Virus record (IMG/VR): IMGVR_UViG_3300020043_001886
Location: 1 to 36,470 of that record
Direction: 5' to 3' (one strand)
DNA length: 36,470 nucleotides
DNA from: a virus
Lineage: Duplodnaviria; Caudoviricetes
Part shown: in pieces, positions 34,425 to 36,470 of the stretch
Numbering within the stretch: position 1 is the stretch's first letter
Layout of the letters: every line of letters begins with the position of its first letter
Notes under the pieces: model-generated
What the model saw: only the letters and a program-made list of their open reading frames with translations
The model's database searches: none
Told to the model about the DNA's origin: nothing
Translations under genes and position numbers: made by a program

Positions 34425-34756
34425 TCTATGAACTCCGCATCGTGGTACCCCTGCGCCCGCGCCATGCCTGAGAATATGTCAGCGTGCGCGCCGTATATTT
34501 CAGGGCGATCCCAGAACCCAACACCGTGACCGTTGCGTGTGTACCAAAGATCGTGCCCTAATTGTGTAGGGTTAGGGTAAAGCGTGCGCAGATCAATTTC
34601 TAATAAATTGCAAGCGTTTTCAAAGTTGGCGCAAGCGTTATACGCCGCCGCTTCAAATTCGCGGGTAAATTCCGCGTCCGCGCCTTCTTCTTGGTCGGTG
34701 AAGTAAGCCGCCTCAATGTAAGCCGCCGCCATGTCTTGTAGATAATAGGTTCGCAT
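34421..34756 (-). CDS. Conserved phage protein with GHDxWxTRNGHGxGFWDR motif
   Basis: QLGHDLWYTRNGHGVGFWDR. Start placed at ATG 34756. Confidence 0.8.
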   Translation of the reverse strand: MRTYYLQDMAAAYIEAAYFTDQEEGADAEFTREFEAAAYNACANFENACNLLEIDLRTLYPNPTQLGHDLWYTRNGHGVGFWDRPEIYGAHADIFSGMARAQGYHDAEFIE

Positions 34757-34766
34757 TTGTAGCCCT

Positions 34767-34892
34767 TTAGTGTACAGATTTAATACGTTTAGTTGACCAC
34801 TTGAAAAAGCCGCAATACTCAACAGCTTCAGCGTGGGTTAGAAAATACTTGGTTTGCTTAAATACGCCGTGCCCGAAATCTATTTTGTACAT
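34767..34892 (-). CDS. Early-region hypothetical protein, 41 aa (not in the ORF track)
   Basis: MYKIDFGHGVFKQTKYFLTHAEAVEYCGFFKWSTKRIKSVH; AAGGGG RBS; fills the gap. Confidence 0.62.
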   Translation of the reverse strand: MYKIDFGHGVFKQTKYFLTHAEAVEYCGFFKWSTKRIKSVH

Positions 34893-34902
34893 AGTCAGCC
34901 CC

Positions 34903-35214
34903 TTAAAATTGAACGTAAACAACGGTGCCCTTAGACGTTACACCCGCGACTTGCGTCGCGTCGCGCATAGCCTCGGCGACGTCATTAAGCTCCGCGCTGT
35001 CAAAATCGTAATACTGCGCGAGGGTTGCAGCGTTTTCCTCCGCCCATTCGCAGCAAAGCGCGATCATATCGAACTCGACTTGCTCGCCCGTGTCGCGTTC
35101 ATAATCCTCTATATAGTCAAAAATCAACTCGAGCGCCTCATATGAGAATTGCTCGGCGCGGTCTGAGTTGCGGAAAGCATTAGCAAATGTAGTGAAGTTT
35201 AGTGTCTGAATCAT
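34903..35214 (-). CDS. Acidic early phage protein
   Basis: QFSYEALELIFDYIEDYE..TGEQVEFDMIALCCEW; AAGGT RBS before ATG 35214. Confidence 0.78.
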   Translation of the reverse strand: MIQTLNFTTFANAFRNSDRAEQFSYEALELIFDYIEDYERDTGEQVEFDMIALCCEWAEENAATLAQYYDFDSAELNDVAEAMRDATQVAGVTSKGTVVYVQF

Positions 35215-35225
35215 TTTGGTTACCT

Positions 35226-35291
35226 TTAGAGAAAACAAGCGGTGATGATGCAAGCGGCGAAAAGTACAACAGCGGTAATGTCGTGAATCAT
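35226..35291 (-). CDS. 21-aa hydrophobic single-TM peptide (not in the ORF track)
   Basis: MIHDITAVVLFAACIITACFL; GGAG RBS and ATGA overlap with the upstream gene. Confidence 0.55.
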   Translation of the reverse strand: MIHDITAVVLFAACIITACFL

Positions 35292-35530
35292 GATTGAAAG
35301 CTCCATGTCATGTAAGGATTGATAGGTTCATAGATATCTGACCAATTATCAGCAATCACGCCGGATTGTTCGCCATTGTTCAGACTGTAAAGCGCTTGCT
35401 CGAATTCATCAGCAAAGCTAGCGTGTTGATCAACAAAAACATAGACGTCTTGCCCGCATATTTCTACAGTTTCTAAAGCTAACGTGAACACGGGCGCATC
35501 AGTCGCAAAGTCTTTTAGGGTAATTTTCAT
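35288..35530 (-). CDS. Acidic early hypothetical protein
   Basis: 80 aa, GAGG RBS, ATGA overlap. Confidence 0.68.
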   Translation of the reverse strand: MKITLKDFATDAPVFTLALETVEICGQDVYVFVDQHASFADEFEQALYSLNNGEQSGVIADNWSDIYEPINPYMTWSFQS

Positions 35531-35664
35531 GATTGCATTGCCTCTACAAATTGCGCGAGTGTATCGAAGGTCATGTCGACAGTCTCAGGATCGAGCGAAT
35601 CAACTACGCGCCCGTCTTCAAGTAAATAGAATTTGTAGCCGTCTTCTGTAGTGAGAGTGATCAT
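35527..35664 (-). CDS. First early gene, acidic 45-aa protein
   Basis: AGGAG RBS before ATG 35664 (MITLTTEDGYKFYLLEDGRVVDS...). The longer track ORF runs through non-coding repeats. Confidence 0.72.
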   Translation of the reverse strand: MITLTTEDGYKFYLLEDGRVVDSLDPETVDMTFDTLAQFVEAMQS

Positions 35665-35702
35665 GGTTTTAGCTCCTGGTGTGTAATGAATTGTTTTACT
35701 GA

Positions 35703-36098
35703 TGTAAGTCATTGTACAGGAATTCTTTACAGCAACAAGCGCATTCCTCACAAATCCTCGCAGCGATTTGTCAGTCATGTAAGTCATTTTGTAGTCATGC
35801 GATGACTTACCGCGCAGCCAATGAATCCGCGGCTTGTAGAGGATGTAAGTCATATAGTCATATAAATAGTAAAAAAACAAAAATTGAATATTGAGGTATA
35901 GGAGTACGCAAAAATAGCGGTAGACAGAGCTGCGCCGTTTCAGCTGCGATTTTTTCCTGATGACTACATGACTTACATGACTTACATAATTTAGGCGGCG
36001 ATGTTTAATGACTGGCGTAAAAACTAAGTATTCTTTAGGAAGAATTCTGAGCGTGTAAAGACTTTTAAAACATGACTACAATGACTACATGACTTACA
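35703..36098. repeat. Inverted iteron-like arrays ATGACT(T)ACA around an AT-rich core; putative replication origin
   Basis: Reverse copies at ~35703, 35769, 35778, 35790, 35844, 35854; forward copies at 35802, 35960, 35968, 35977, 36072, 36081, 36089; AT-rich tract 35861-35892. Confidence 0.8.
35711..35738 (-). promoter_or_regulatory. Putative sigma70 promoter of the early operon
   Basis: TTGTTG (35738-35733), 16-bp spacer, TACAAT (35716-35711). The spacer and -10 include the imperfect dyad TGTAAAGAATTCCTGTACA. Confidence 0.55.
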
Positions 36099-36270
36099 AG
36101 GATTTCTTAGCCCTAAACATTCCTTAACCTGGATGCTAAGTAATACTTAACTAAATATTCTTTAGTCCAGGCATTAAGGATTGTTTAGTGTCATTCCTTT
36201 CTAAGTTTTCCTTAACCTTAAAGATTCCTTAGCCCAAGCTTGCGGCAGTGCAGCATAAAGCATTCCTTAG
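36024..36270. repeat. Array of nine 15-bp dyad motifs, consensus about YTAAG-N5-CTTAR
   Basis: Copies start at 36024, 36096, 36113, 36136, 36151, 36174, 36201, 36218 and 36256. Confidence 0.8.
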
Positions 36271-36277
36271 CCAAGGA

Positions 36278-36470
36278 GGGGGGGAGGTTTGCAATTGCGA
36301 ATGTAGACATTTTAGATCACCTTAAGTTTATTAAGAACCTTTGCGAGGTTCAGAATTGCTGGGCGAGGATCATCCTCGTTTGCCAGCGTATTGCCCGTAG
36401 AAACCGATACAGCTAGTTCCTGCGGGAAATTCTTTTTGCCGACCAACTTCTCGGCTTGAGCGACAGATAT
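36278..36470 (-). other. Inverted, diverged copy of the exonuclease 3' end and SSB 5' start
   Basis: The reverse complement of 36348-36470 matches 27726-27848 at 117/123 nt by manual alignment. It continues LAKVLNKLKVI-stop, then MSTFAIANLP (native: MSNIATFKSANLP). Confidence 0.9.

Noticed and set aside
35665-35894. Track ORFs 35527-35880 (N-terminal extension) and 35712-35894
   Set aside because: They translate the iteron repeats (MTY...). The RBS-supported start of the real gene is at 35664.
35703-36270. Possible CRISPR array or mini-array
   Set aside because: Repeats are 9-15 bp, degenerate, irregularly spaced and partly inverted, with no constant-length spacers.
1-36470. Terminal direct repeats, tRNA genes or alternative genetic code
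   Set aside because: The two ends share no sequence, intergenic gaps show no cloverleaf that I could find, and core genes read through intact in code 11.

Overview
The window holds most of a ~36-38 kb tailed dsDNA phage genome with P22-like podovirus virion genes and an APSE-like replication module. An Rz/Rz1 spanin pair implies a Gram-negative host. The small-gene repertoire resembles freshwater betaproteobacterial phages, which is inference only. Plus strand, ~593-22650: 3' end of terL, groES, portal, ferritin-like protein, tailspike and fibre block, scaffold, coat, decoration proteins, gp4/gp10/gp26-like tail proteins, a DDxxD protein, three ejection proteins and a six-gene lysis cassette. 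Minus strand, 22642-26518: small accessory genes, a winged-HTH protein, SNF2 helicase, C5-methyltransferase-like protein and VRR-NUC. Plus strand, 26603-33629: Cas4-like exonuclease, putative SSB, PAPS-reductase-like enzyme, family A DNA polymerase and primase-helicase. Minus strand, 33703-35664: tiny early genes, followed by a non-coding region with inverted iterons and nine 15-bp dyad repeats. Both ends carry inverted junctions. Bases 1-598 are an inverted terS(3')-HNH block fused to the 3' end of terL. Bases ~36278-36470 are an inverted, mostly synonymously diverged copy of the exonuclease/SSB boundary. Both are probably amplification or assembly chimeras. I recognised no integrase, repressor, tRNA or CRISPR array. 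Best candidates for new biology: (1) a prenyltransferase-like DDxxD protein in the slot normally held by the GNAT gene just before the first ejection protein; (2) a T4-T-like GAF-domain holin that suggests regulated lysis; (3) the iteron and dyad control region. All family calls come from reading motifs by eye; no searches were run.
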